Positions 1 through 10,332 are shown, counted from the stretch's first letter. The stretch is DNA of 64,000 nucleotides from Nitrosopumilus sp. (GCA_965214775.1 OZ243974.1:2496001-2560000); one strand, 5' to 3'. The notes: generated by a model from the sequence alone, not told the origin. Program-made: numbers and translations.

Positions 1-208
1 CCACCTTCTTGCAGCCTCGGGCACACCTGCATCGTCCTCTGGTACAAACATCAACGCCATGATCTTTTTGTAGACTTGGCATCCTTTTCTTTGCGCATGG
101 CCTCTGACAGGCCGTCTGTTTCTCTTGCCATGCCCACTATCCCGGTTACGTGATCATCATACCTTTCGAATGACCTTGTTTTGGCTCAAAGACTTATGCT
201 CGTTGCTA
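1..208 (-). mobile_element. IS630-family element, 5' end (second copy, runs off the window), inserted into the copy at 211-881
   Basis: Positions ~50-210 closely match ~718-883, including the transposase start and the terminus ...GCTCGTTGCTA-TA. Confidence 0.8.
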
Positions 209-210
209 TA

Positions 211-881
211 CAATGCCACGCTTCTGGTGCCGACCAGACCCCATACGTATCTGTCGTATGCGCCCTGCACAAAGAACGCCTCATCAGATGACACTAACGT
301 AAAACCGTCGTTTTTCAGGCACAGAATACGCACGTTTTCAAGGTATCGCTGCCACGAGCATGCCGTACTCGGGATGGCATGGTTGACATGTATGTTTTGC
401 ATCTTGCGGCGCGACAGGCCGTGCTGGCGCATCAGTCTTCGGACGTGTTCTATGCTGTATTGTATCCCGGTGGCATCCCTTATGTCATTGCGCACCACCG
501 TCATGACATCGGTACTTTTGCATGCAGTGGACAGATCCATTATGGCTGCAATACTTTCTCTGTCCACCTTTGGCCTGCATCCGGAACGGGGAAGATCCCG
601 GAGGCAGTCCATGCCGTCCTCCGAGAACCTCGCCGGCCGGCTGCGCACGGAATTCTCGCTGCACCGGATCACCCTTCTTGCAGTCTCGGGCACGCCCACG
701 TCGTCTTCTAGCATAAACATCAGCGTCATGATCTTCTTGTAGACTTTGGCATCCTTTTCTTTGCGCATGGCCTCCGACAGGCTTTTGTCTGTTTCTTTTG
801 CCATGCATACTGCGCCAGTTACGTGATCATCATACCCTTCAAATGATCCTGTTTTGGCTCAAAGACTTGTGCTCGTTGCTA
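211..881 (-). mobile_element. IS630-family transposase remnant (HTH plus first DDE Asp), interrupted
   Basis: ORF 157-804: HTH-type N-terminus, LRDLPRSG, YSIEHVRRLMRQHG, SSDEAFF. The last 16 aa are read from the inserted copy's terminus. Confidence 0.8.
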
Positions 882-912
882 TAGGTTACTTCTGGGAAGA
901 CTGTATATCCAC

Positions 913-952
913 AGAGTTGATTCAAAATCAGAGGCCGTGCGAGTTTTTCAAG
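913..952. repeat. Fragment of family-A (IS5-derived) MITE end
   Basis: AGAGTTGATTCAAAATCAG..CCGTGCGAGTTTTTCAAG resembles the MITE end at 9842-9880. Confidence 0.6.
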
Positions 953-998
953 CATGTCTCTGATTAATCTAAATAAGTGGGCCCAAATATGTCAAATT

Positions 999-2051
999 AT
1001 GAAGAAGGTTTTTGTTAATGGTTATGGCTCTATTGGCAGCAGAATTACCTCGTTTCTAAAAGATGATCCTGAAATTTCTGTGGTAGGGGTCGGAAAATAT
1101 TCTCCAGATGAGAGGGTATCTGTTGCCAGATCAAAAGGACTAGATGTTTATGTTCCAGAACAAAAGCAAGGCGATTTTTCAAACTATAAAATTTCAGGCA
1201 CCATAGAGTCTGCTTTGGACAAATGTGACTTGGTCATTGATGCGGCACCCGGAGGACACGGATATAAAAACAAGACAAACCTCTATGGGCCAAGAAACAT
1301 TCCTGCAATATATCAGGGCGGCGAATCGACGACGGGTTCAAAAGCAGTATCTGATCTGCTGTTCAATTCCAGGGCAAACTATGATCTTGCAGTGGGAAAA
1401 AACCATGTAATGCAGGGAAGCTGCAATGTCACGGGAATGGGCAGGATTTTGGAACCGCTCCGTGATAAGTTTGGCGAGAACATAATTCGTTTTGATGTGA
1501 CTCTTGTAAGGAGATGGGCAGACATTGAACAGGCGGAAAAAAAAATATCCGACACCATTGAAATGACCCAATCCCCGCACCACGGTGACGATGTCAAGAC
1601 ATACTTTGGAAAGGATGCGCCCCTTTTTGTTCGGGCAATCAAAGTTCCGACAAGACAAATGCATCTACACATAATGGATGTTCGATTCAGGCGCACCGCC
1701 CCAAAACCCTCGGAAATTCATGAAATTTTCACAGATGAGTTCGGCGTTGCCACATTGTGGACTGCCAAAGGAACAAAAGACGTAAGGGACTGTGCCAAAA
1801 ACATGGGATTCAATTTCACCGACACCAACATGATCCACATCCATGCAAACATGACTGCATCAGTCGGGGATACCGTTCAAATAATGTATTCTGATGATCA
1901 GACAGGAATAGTCATTCCTGAAAACCACATGTTGATGCAGGCAATGCTCTTTGAGAAAACATATCAGGAGGCGTTTGAGCACACAGAGTCGATTTTCCAC
2001 ATGAAAGAAAAAAAGCAAAGACTCCAAGAGCATTTTGCAAAGAAAGACTAG
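999..2051 (+). CDS. gap: Type II (archaeal) glyceraldehyde-3-phosphate dehydrogenase-like protein
   Basis: VFVNGYGSIG Rossmann motif, YQGGE, catalytic SCN, VRRWAD, HHGDDV. Confidence 0.85.
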   Translation: MKKVFVNGYGSIGSRITSFLKDDPEISVVGVGKYSPDERVSVARSKGLDVYVPEQKQGDFSNYKISGTIESALDKCDLVIDAAPGGHGYKNKTNLYGPRNIPAIYQGGESTTGSKAVSDLLFNSRANYDLAVGKNHVMQGSCNVTGMGRILEPLRDKFGENIIRFDVTLVRRWADIEQAEKKISDTIEMTQSPHHGDDVKTYFGKDAPLFVRAIKVPTRQMHLHIMDVRFRRTAPKPSEIHEIFTDEFGVATLWTAKGTKDVRDCAKNMGFNFTDTNMIHIHANMTASVGDTVQIMYSDDQTGIVIPENHMLMQAMLFEKTYQEAFEHTESIFHMKEKKQRLQEHFAKKD

Positions 2052-3301
2052 GCTCTGATTCTTTCTATTCTGATTTTTTCGGGAATGTTTTTGGAGACCT
2101 TTTCCACCACTATTCTTAATTTGCCAACTTCCACCTTGTCTCCCTCTTGAGGAATATCTTGTAATCTTTCATGGAGCAGCCCGCTAAGTGTCGCATAATC
2201 ATCACCCTCGGGAATCTTTGTCTCAAAGACCTTGTTGATAACGTCAATCTCTATGTCTCCGTCTGTGAGAATTGTATCTTGATCAATTCTCTTGTACTGT
2301 GTGGGTCTTGCCTTGTCTGTCTCATCTTCAATTTCCCCGACAATCTCCTCAAGCAGATCCTCCAAGGTCACCAGCCCTTCGACGCCACCATGCTCATCGA
2401 CTACCATGGCCATGTGCGTTTTGCGACCCTTCATCTCTTTTAAAAGCGCACTGACCATTTTTTCTTGGGATGCAAACACCGGTTTTCTTGCAATCTGTTC
2501 AAGACTGGCCATCTTGTTGTCTTTTTCCAGCTCCTTTAGGACGTCTCGTACATGAATGAACCCTACAATGTCATCACTCGTCTCCCCGTAGATTGGAATT
2601 CTTGAATGCCCGCTTTGATTGATTTGTGGCAGCGCTTCAAAAAGCAGCATTTTTGAGTGAAGCGAAAACATCTTTGTTCTTGGAGTCATTACTGAGCGAA
2701 TTACCGTGTCATCAAACTTGAGGGCACCGTGCACCATCTCCATCTCCTCTTTCTCGATTGCCTTTTCTTCCATTCCTTGATCAATTACCCCCTTGATCTC
2801 CTCTTCTGTGATTGGCGGAGGCGCATAGCTGCTGCCGGTAATCTTTACGACCCCCTTTGTAACAATTTCAAAGAATTTGACAACGGGATAAAATACATAG
2901 CTGAATCCCAGCAGAACCGGCGCATATCTTAGAGCAATTTTTGTGGAATTTGCATTACAATACGTTTTAGGGGTAATCTCCCCGAAAATCAGAATCAAGA
3001 ACGTCATGACCCCGACGGCAATTCCCAGACCCTCGTCTCCAAACAGCCTAATTGCCACGCTTGTTGCAAGTGCAGATGCCCCGACGTTAACTAGGTTATT
3101 GCCCAGATTGACGCTGGACATCATCCAGCTGGGGTTGTTTTTCAACCTGTGAAGGGCCTTGGAGCCCTTTTTTCCCTCGTTGAACAATTGGACCACCTTG
3201 GATTTTCTAACTCCGACAAGTGCCACTTCTAACCCACTGAAAAATCCTGACAGTCCTATGAGAACAGCTAGCGCTGAAATCTCCATCCATAATTCTACCA
3301 A
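2048..3301 (-). CDS. CNNM/CorC (hemolysin-family) protein: DUF21 + 2 CBS + CorC_HlyC domains
   Basis: SGFFSGLE, FGEITPK, VMTPR, HSRIPIY, VVDEHGG..GLVTLEDLLEEIVGEI. Confidence 0.9.
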   Translation of the reverse strand: MVELWMEISALAVLIGLSGFFSGLEVALVGVRKSKVVQLFNEGKKGSKALHRLKNNPSWMMSSVNLGNNLVNVGASALATSVAIRLFGDEGLGIAVGVMTFLILIFGEITPKTYCNANSTKIALRYAPVLLGFSYVFYPVVKFFEIVTKGVVKITGSSYAPPPITEEEIKGVIDQGMEEKAIEKEEMEMVHGALKFDDTVIRSVMTPRTKMFSLHSKMLLFEALPQINQSGHSRIPIYGETSDDIVGFIHVRDVLKELEKDNKMASLEQIARKPVFASQEKMVSALLKEMKGRKTHMAMVVDEHGGVEGLVTLEDLLEEIVGEIEDETDKARPTQYKRIDQDTILTDGDIEIDVINKVFETKIPEGDDYATLSGLLHERLQDIPQEGDKVEVGKLRIVVEKVSKNIPEKIRIERIRA

Positions 3302-3446
3302 GGTATTCCTCCGAAAAATTTCTTAGAACAACAAGTGTCATCCATTTAGTTTTTTTGCACCATCTCTAGGTTATCTGATAAAATTTCACACAACCAGAAT
3401 TTAAGGATTAAGATGCTCAAGAATAAGCCGAGCCTGAATATTGGGA

Positions 3447-4790
3447 CTAGTTTTTCGGGGGGTTTGCAAACTTGTTTGCAGGATTGCTGTGATAATCAAC
3501 TGGAATCATGGCATCCTTTTGACGCCCAGTCAGAATTCCGACTATAACGTCGTCTTTTTTTATGACTTCCTCAGAAACCAGCTTCCTTATTCCTGCCACT
3601 GATGCGCCTGATGCCATCTCACAGTCAAACCCGTTCAGCCCGACAACTGACATTCCATCTAGCATTTCTGAATCTGAGACGGTGGTGACAACACCGTTTG
3701 TAAGTTCCAGCGCTCTTAGCCCTTTCAAAATATTTGCCGGACGCCCGATCTGGATTGCAGTTGCCCTGGTTTTTGGCCTCAGACCCTCCTTGTCCAAATG
3801 ATCATAGTATCTTGAAATCAGTTCTGTATTCGGGCTTCCGTTGTTCCACCTGAGTTCTTCCTCTTCAAACGTTCCGTTGTACAAATCTGACAACGTGCTT
3901 GCCCCTTTGGAATTGATTACTGCAATTCGGGGGATTTTTTTAATCCATCCCCATTCGTACAGTTCCATCAACGCCTTTCCGCAACTAGACGTGTTTCCCA
4001 GCGCCCCCCCGGGATAGACTATCCAATCAGGGGATTCCCAATTCAGATATTCCAGCGCCCTAAACGGAATTGTTTTTTGTCCCTCAATTCTAAACGGGTT
4101 TACCGAGTTGACTGTGTATCCGTCACGATTGTGCGCATCATCCAATGACTGCTTTAGCGCATCATCAAAATTCCCGTCAACTTCGACAATTTGAGCGCCA
4201 AATTGGTATGCCTGGCTTAATTTTCCCGGGGCAATCATGCCTGCCGGAATATACACGTCACACTCAATCCCTTCGTTTGCTGCAAACATTCCTGCAGAAG
4301 CTGACGTGTTCCCAGTCGAGGCGCATACTATTTTTTTGGCGCCAACCATTTTTGCATGGGTGACTGCGGTTGCCATTCCGTTATCTTTGAACGAGCCGCT
4401 TGGATTGTATCCTTCTGGCTGCAGCCACATGTTGCTGCTTTCCAAGCCTGCAAATTCTGCAGCCTTTGACATCTGGTATGGTTTTGACTGTCTGCCTTCA
4501 GCTCCGTCCAAGGAGACAAGGAATTTTGAACACTCTTCATTTTTTTCGGTATCTATCTGACAAAAATTCAGCAGTTCTCTGAACCTCCAAACCCCGCTTT
4601 CATTAAAGATGCTCCCTTGGGGGTCTTGCCTTTGATAAAAAACATCCTTTAGTTTTTCAGCAGGCCTGTTCTTGTATTTTACATCAAGCAGGTGGCCTTT
4701 GCTACATTGGACATTCGTACTTTTAATATCATACTCCAAGCCGCAGTTTGGGTCAACACATTTGAGATATGCATCGCCCTTCATTGCCAT
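3447..4790 (-). CDS. thrC: Threonine synthase
   Basis: NPSGSFKD PLP lysine, CASTGNTSAS, NSVNPFRIEGQKT; start taken at MAMKG. Confidence 0.9.
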   Translation of the reverse strand: MAMKGDAYLKCVDPNCGLEYDIKSTNVQCSKGHLLDVKYKNRPAEKLKDVFYQRQDPQGSIFNESGVWRFRELLNFCQIDTEKNEECSKFLVSLDGAEGRQSKPYQMSKAAEFAGLESSNMWLQPEGYNPSGSFKDNGMATAVTHAKMVGAKKIVCASTGNTSASAGMFAANEGIECDVYIPAGMIAPGKLSQAYQFGAQIVEVDGNFDDALKQSLDDAHNRDGYTVNSVNPFRIEGQKTIPFRALEYLNWESPDWIVYPGGALGNTSSCGKALMELYEWGWIKKIPRIAVINSKGASTLSDLYNGTFEEEELRWNNGSPNTELISRYYDHLDKEGLRPKTRATAIQIGRPANILKGLRALELTNGVVTTVSDSEMLDGMSVVGLNGFDCEMASGASVAGIRKLVSEEVIKKDDVIVGILTGRQKDAMIPVDYHSNPANKFANPPKN

Positions 4791-4863
4791 TACCAATGTT
4801 TGGTGATAATTTAAAGCGTTAGTCCGTCTGGGTGCCGTCTGATTCTGTTCTCTTCTTAGACTC

Positions 4864-4955
4864 GTCCTGCCATAAATGCAGACGGTTTCAAACGCGGCAC
4901 GGGACATATTTGGTCATTTGGCCAAGTACCAAAAGGACAGTACCGCACAAATGGC
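4864..4955. repeat. Dispersed repeat family H, copy 1 (internal hairpin)
   Basis: Aligns by eye with 56069-56160 (e.g. TTTCAAACGCGGCACGGGACA vs TTTCAGACGCGGTACGGGACA). Confidence 0.7.
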
Positions 4956-5089
4956 GCAGAGGGCCGCTGCAAAACACGAACGGTTTTTGCACATTTTTTT
5001 TCAAGCCGGAATGTGGAGAAGGATGAAGAGAGAAGGATGAGGGTGCCAAACCATAAACATGACCAAGAAAAAAATGGACTGCGCGGCAG

Positions 5090-5249
5090 ATAGTTGATTT
5101 GAAATTAACAGATTCGGATCATGTATAAACAAATTCACACTGTTAAACCGACTAAGACAGTGCTTGCAAGTGAAGAGCCGCCTGTAAGTTACTTGGCAAG
5201 TGTGCAGAAAAATCACGGCAACTACAGCTTTTGATTTCGAACCGACTCT
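5090..5249. mobile_element. Family-A MITE (long type)
   Basis: Ends ATAGTTGATTTGAAATT / ATTTCGAACCGACTCT match the IS5 TIR at 6626. Confidence 0.65.
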
Positions 5250-5440
5250 TAAACCACGGCAGACAAGACAAAAAAATAATGTGTAATGGACATTCTGAGG
5301 CATTTGGCATGCTCAACGCGTCTTCTAGGGCCAACAACATTGCAAGCAGTTCGGACTGCTTTTGGGAATCAAAGAAAATTTTGATTTTTGACCGGAAAGC
5401 AGAACGGCAACTTTAGATTAGCTTAGGCCTGAAACAAAAT

Positions 5441-5815
5441 GTGGTAACTTATCGTGAATATCTGAGGAATATCTTGCTCCAGATTCAGGAATCCCATGTA
5501 AATCTTAATGAGATAAGGGACAAGCCAGGAGATCTTGATCTGATCAACAAGGAGATGCTGAAAATCAACGGGATGATCAAGGTAATCCTGACAAAAATTG
5601 GACCTGAAAAGATTCCAAATTCTGACTTTCCTCCCCTGAAATCAAAACTGAAAAACTATATGGAAAATTACTTTTTTGAAAAAGAGATTGAGACCATGGC
5701 ACCTTTGTATTCTGATGACGTAAACCGAATAAAAAACATGCGCTTAAAAATCATCGAAGCATTAAATGACAAGAAAATGATGGATGCCATTGGGGATATG
5801 ATTGAAAAATTATGA
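5441..5815 (+). CDS. Hypothetical protein
   Basis: 124-aa ORF with host-like composition. Confidence 0.7.
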   Translation: MVTYREYLRNILLQIQESHVNLNEIRDKPGDLDLINKEMLKINGMIKVILTKIGPEKIPNSDFPPLKSKLKNYMENYFFEKEIETMAPLYSDDVNRIKNMRLKIIEALNDKKMMDAIGDMIEKL

Positions 5816-5919
5816 GCGAAAAAAAGTGTGTTTTATGCGGATGCAGGGATCATAGATTGTTTGGCTGCAATAGGCACATGGCAAAACAATGCAGTTGCTA
5901 TAAAACAGACAAATAGGAT

Positions 5920-6033
5920 CTATTTTCTTCTAGGTCCTGATCTTTCATGGAAGTTGATGCAGCACTTGCATTCTTTTTCAAGACATTCTGCCTCGTCATG
6001 ATGTCCGCAAATTCCACACTCGCAACTGGCCAT
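5920..6033 (-). CDS. 37-aa Cys/His-rich microprotein (metallothionein-like)
   Basis: Manual translation MASCECGICGHHDEAECLEKECKCCINFHERSGPRRK; below the ORF-track cutoff. Confidence 0.6.
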   Translation of the reverse strand: MASCECGICGHHDEAECLEKECKCCINFHERSGPRRK

Positions 6034-6087
6034 ACATTGGATAGGCATCTTTCGAATATAATGTATGCACTAATTTTTTTATGATTT

Positions 6088-6420
6088 TCAGGTCAAATGG
6101 GGTTGTTTCTTTGATTTTGATTTTTTTGCCGGCTTTTCTTTTTCTTGCAGCTCTTTTTCAATTTCCTCGGCTTTGCTGTCTACTGCCTTTATGATTTTTT
6201 GAATCAATCCGTCTAAATCGCTATCGTCTGCATCCGGCTCTACGTTGCTTGCAATTTGATTAATCGTGTTTGAAATTTCTGCACTTACGTCCTCAAAACT
6301 CTCCGGATCTTCATATGCTGCATTATAGAGGTTTTTTAGGTTGTTGATATGGCCAATGACCTGTTCTGTCAGGACAACTCGGTAGTCAGTCCCGTTAACT
6401 TCGAACTCTTTTGAACTCAT
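6088..6420 (-). CDS. Hypothetical protein (acidic core, Lys-rich tail)
   Basis: 110-aa ORF with host-like composition. Confidence 0.7.
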   Translation of the reverse strand: MSSKEFEVNGTDYRVVLTEQVIGHINNLKNLYNAAYEDPESFEDVSAEISNTINQIASNVEPDADDSDLDGLIQKIIKAVDSKAEEIEKELQEKEKPAKKSKSKKQPHLT

Positions 6421-6625
6421 ACGTCATTTTCAAAATCTTTAGTTTATAATGTTTTTCAGTAGTACGCGGTTGTCCAAAAAATTTTTGCAAAATGACTGCC
6501 AAGATTATAGATCATGGACGCACGGCAGCAAAAGCAATTTTGATCAGTCGATCCCAGTAATCATGATGAGCAACGACAGAAAGAACACAGAGTACTACCT
6601 ACACTACAAGCAAAAGTGCAGACAG

Positions 6626-7829
6626 AGAGTTGATTCGAAATTAGCAAATTTTGATCAAATGGGCACAATGTACACCAACCCGATCCAAATGCCAGTAAAA
6701 TGTACAATTCATAAAGTTATTTGATAAATTGTCAAAAAACCCCCGGGACATTCAAGAAGATGTTTGCCGGCATGACTGCCCCCGAATTTGATTTGTTGTA
6801 TGCAAAGGTGGCAAAAAAACACCCAAAGATGGACAGAAAGAGGCTTTCTGTTTTCTGCCAAAAAAGGCCGCAAGCGTGACACCATCGGTGCCGGCCGTCC
6901 GACTGCCCTCAGCCTGGAGGAGAGTCTTCTATTGTCCCTGTTCTACTACAGGACGTACGTCATGCAGGATGTGGAATCTGCCATGTTTGGCATTGGACAT
7001 CAGGCATCAGTCTCGCACACCATTAACAGGATTGCACCGGCTCTCAAAAAATGCCTATCGATCCCCGAAAAGATCTATTCGGGCACCAAGAAAATCTCTT
7101 CAGCAGAGGAACTAATGGACGTATTACCGGAACTTGTCTGCCTGACAGATGCATCAGAGCAAAAGATATGCAGGCCCAAGAGAAAGGACATGGAGAAATC
7201 GCACTATTCAGGCAAGGCAGGTACGCACACAGTCAAGATCCAGTATATCACCAACATCCACGGTCTCATAGTGCACAAGCCGCCCCACTCTCCGGGACGC
7301 GTAAACGACATCACGATGTACCAGATGAGGCATCCCACGTTCCGGTACGACCAAAGAAAGAAAAAGAGAAGAAAAAAGAGAAGCGTCCCGGCAGTAGTAT
7401 GGATGATGATGATGCGCCGCAACAGCAACAGCAATAGCAACAACAGCAACAGCAATCGCAGAGTGTAAAGCTGCAGCACTACATGGATCGCAGATACCAG
7501 GGAGCACAGTCAGTGGATGCAGGCACGGACGCCATACTCCCCACCAAGAAAAAACCGGACGGCAAGCTCACCGATGCGCAAAAAGAATACAATATCACGC
7601 ACTCAAAGATACGTGTGTACGTGGAGAACACCACACGCAGGGTCAAAACATACAGAATAATGGGCGACCGGTACTGAAACCCACTCAAAAAGTACGACCT
7701 TGCCAACAGTATCGTGTGCGGACTGGTCAACGATAGGGCGCCGGTCAAAATCGCTGCTGCGGCCTAATGAGTGGCGGCAGCAGAACGGCTGCAGACGGGG
7801 CGCTCGATTTCTAATTTCGGATCATCTCT
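6626..7829 (+). mobile_element. IS5-family (ISL2-like, DDE_Tnp_4) element, full length, transposase pseudogenised
   Basis: 19-bp TIRs AGAGTTGATTCGAAATTAG / CTAATTTCGGATCATCTCT (17/19 match). Motifs GAGRP..LS, DASEQ..RPK, YSGK..HTVK, QKEYN..HSKIRVYVE are split over several frames. Confidence 0.9.
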
Positions 7830-8207
7830 CTGTAGATATACAGTGGAGGGAGATAAAGCAGATGCTGTCTGCCAGGATATTTAATACGCTTGATTAGATG
7901 TAGTTCGTGCGGAGGATGTTTGCCGGGGGGAGAGATCCTTCCGGTAAAGATGTTCCGATATTTGATGGGCTGACTGCAGCAGCATCAGCAACAACAACAG
8001 CAATAGCAACAACTGTCGTGTTCCATACTGTCAGGTCTAGTACGCCTTGCGAAGGCATAAGTGATTTGCTTGCCAGGAGTTTGTCCCTTGATGCCACGAA
8101 TTCTGTCTGTTTTCCCATGCATGTGCGATGGTTTGCTTGATCTTAATGTTTGAATCAAAAGCAGTTGTCAAAACCATCCGTTTTTTATGAATTGACTAGC
8201 ATAAAGT

Positions 8208-8960
8208 CTAGAATACTATGTAATCCAAGGCAGAAGCATCGCTGATCAATCTCGTATGTTTTGAGCCTATCACGTATCCGTTTTTGATATCACTTGCGGG
8301 GATCCATCTGTTAGTTGATGTATAGTGTCTTTTCTCTTGCAATTCTCGTTCGATAGCTTCGATGTCAAACTCTCCTTCTTCTACTTCTTGAGTTGCCAGA
8401 TGTTTTATCGTAACCAAAATTTTTGTTACTTTTACACGATCCCCGAATTTCCATTTTACTGGTGGAATTTCATCTGAAACTTCTAGCACTTTGATTTTCA
8501 TTTGTTTATTTCCAAATGCATCGTGGCTGATGAGTGTTCTTTCATCGGTAAATTCCTCAAAACTGATTCGTGAATTTACTTCTGCATCCGATGCCGTTTC
8601 TAGCAATGCTGCAGCGCTAAATTTTGATGAGTCCTGCCTTTCTTCTGCAGAATACTCGATGTTTTCTGCCACAGGTTCTGCTACCGGTTCTGGTTCTGCC
8701 ACAGGTTCTGCTACCGGTTCTGGTTCTGCCACAGGTTCTGGTTCTTTGACATTAGCAGCCTGCTGAGATCTCTTGACTTTGTGAACCCTCCTTGCCTCTT
8801 CCTCCCATTCCAATTGAGCTTGCTCTTCTTTTGAATTATCGCCACTGGGTCGTGAATCCTTTTCTTCAATTTTTTGAATTTCCTTGTCTGCCACTGTTTT
8901 AGTTGATGTTTCTTTATTGCTGGAATTTTCAGCAGAATCAGCATTATTTTCAGCAGACAA
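8208..8960 (-). CDS. Hypothetical protein with acidic low-complexity N-terminus and EPEPVA repeats
   Basis: 250-aa ORF; 30-bp tandem unit at ~8664-8741. Confidence 0.75.
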   Translation of the reverse strand: MSAENNADSAENSSNKETSTKTVADKEIQKIEEKDSRPSGDNSKEEQAQLEWEEEARRVHKVKRSQQAANVKEPEPVAEPEPVAEPVAEPEPVAEPVAENIEYSAEERQDSSKFSAAALLETASDAEVNSRISFEEFTDERTLISHDAFGNKQMKIKVLEVSDEIPPVKWKFGDRVKVTKILVTIKHLATQEVEEGEFDIEAIERELQEKRHYTSTNRWIPASDIKNGYVIGSKHTRLISDASALDYIVF

Positions 8961-9003
8961 TACTGTATTTTTTCACATTATCCATAAAAACGATTTGTAA
9001 AAA

Positions 9004-9591
9004 TCATTGGTTTTTGGCACTAGGCCTTTGCTTGGTTTTAAATGGCATCTTTGCTTCTTTTAGCTTGCGTTCGCTTCGTTTCCCATCTACTTTTGCAAAG
9101 AATTTTCCATCATAAGTACAAACACAATCCGTTATGTCCAGTGACTCATCCCAGATCTTAAAGTATTCCCGTAATTCCCGACTTTCATATTTTCTCAACC
9201 CGATTCTTTTTTTAGACAAAAATTTGAATGCCAACAAAACCTGTCTTTTCTTGTAAATGTCAAACGTCCTTGTCCATTGGAGGCATCTCTCAATTTGATC
9301 ATACGGTACTGCAAGCGAGGTATTGGTTCCTGATTTTGCCTCAATAGCACAGATTACGCTGTCTTTGGTATTCACAGCTAACACATCAGGCAATCCCACA
9401 CTTGGGGAGCCTAGTCTGAAGGCCTTCCAGTCTTCTGCACTGTTGAACCTTTTGACAATCGTGTCTTCCCACTGATACCCCCTCTGCCTCCGTGTTTTTA
9501 CTGCCTTTTGATTATTTTTGCTTGGTTTGCCGGCAGGTGTCTTTTTCTGCAACGATTTGGATGAACTCTTCTCCCTCATGTCTTTTTTCAT
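9004..9591 (-). CDS. Hjc-like PD-(D/E)XK resolvase/nuclease
   Basis: RGYQWE, LPDVLAV, AIEAKS motifs. Confidence 0.75.
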   Translation of the reverse strand: MKKDMREKSSSKSLQKKTPAGKPSKNNQKAVKTRRQRGYQWEDTIVKRFNSAEDWKAFRLGSPSVGLPDVLAVNTKDSVICAIEAKSGTNTSLAVPYDQIERCLQWTRTFDIYKKRQVLLAFKFLSKKRIGLRKYESRELREYFKIWDESLDITDCVCTYDGKFFAKVDGKRSERKLKEAKMPFKTKQRPSAKNQ

Positions 9592-9841
9592 ATTCTTTCA
9601 TTATAGTACAAAGGGTAACTGTATGATAACCAAGAAAAACTGGCAGTGTGATTAAGAATACTTGTTTTCAGTTTGGCAAAAAGCTGCTCGTTTTTGAACC
9701 TGGCAGCAGTTGGGGTTTCAACTGTTCCGAGGCCATCAGGCAATCACAACAGTCATCCCAGAAGTAATTCGAAAAGCGACTTTAATCTTGAAACAGCTTG
9801 ATCCAGACTACCTGCAAATCCGCATGCCACCGTATCCACTG

Positions 9842-10094
9842 AAAGGTGATCCAAATTAGAAACCGTACGAGTTTTTCAAGTAATTTCGCAGATAATCTGT
9901 ATTTTTGGTGATGTTTTGAGATGATTTATTCAAATTCATCCACAAACAATCTTGCCTTACTAATCATCCAGGTGAAAAGTGCTAAAAAATCAAGTAAAAA
10001 CAGAATCCGGACAGGAGGCACGATGCCTGGATATAAGGACAAAACAGTAAATCTCATTTACGTTTCACCTAGCTGCTAATTTTGAATCAACTCT
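9842..10094. mobile_element. Family-A MITE carrying a nested ~100-bp IR-bounded insert (9969-10071)
   Basis: Ends AAAGGTGATCCAAATTAG / CTAATTTTGAATCAACTCT; inner AGGTGAAA...TTTCACCT. Confidence 0.7.
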
Positions 10095-10332
10095 CAGGAC
10101 AGCGCGGCCACGACATCATAAATAGGAACTGATCTGCCGGATCCAGAAAGTAGTTTGCTGATGGCACATATGACACAAAAGCAGCCTCCTTTACTGAGTA
10201 CGTCGAATCCGAGTGCTTGTGTGTCTGTTTGCGATGCACACGCACCTGATAGCCTGATCCGTCACCGTCACTGCGGTAAGAGCGCGTTTTTTTATCATGT
10301 GTTCAATAGTCCATGATCTCAGCCATAAACGG

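Noticed and set aside
4791-4907. Extended N-terminus of ThrC in the ORF track
   Set aside because: The extension overlaps the promoter-like box and repeat H
7894-8140. Short ORFs or integrase-like remnant
   Set aside because: Low-complexity CAG/CAA tract; motif resemblance too weak
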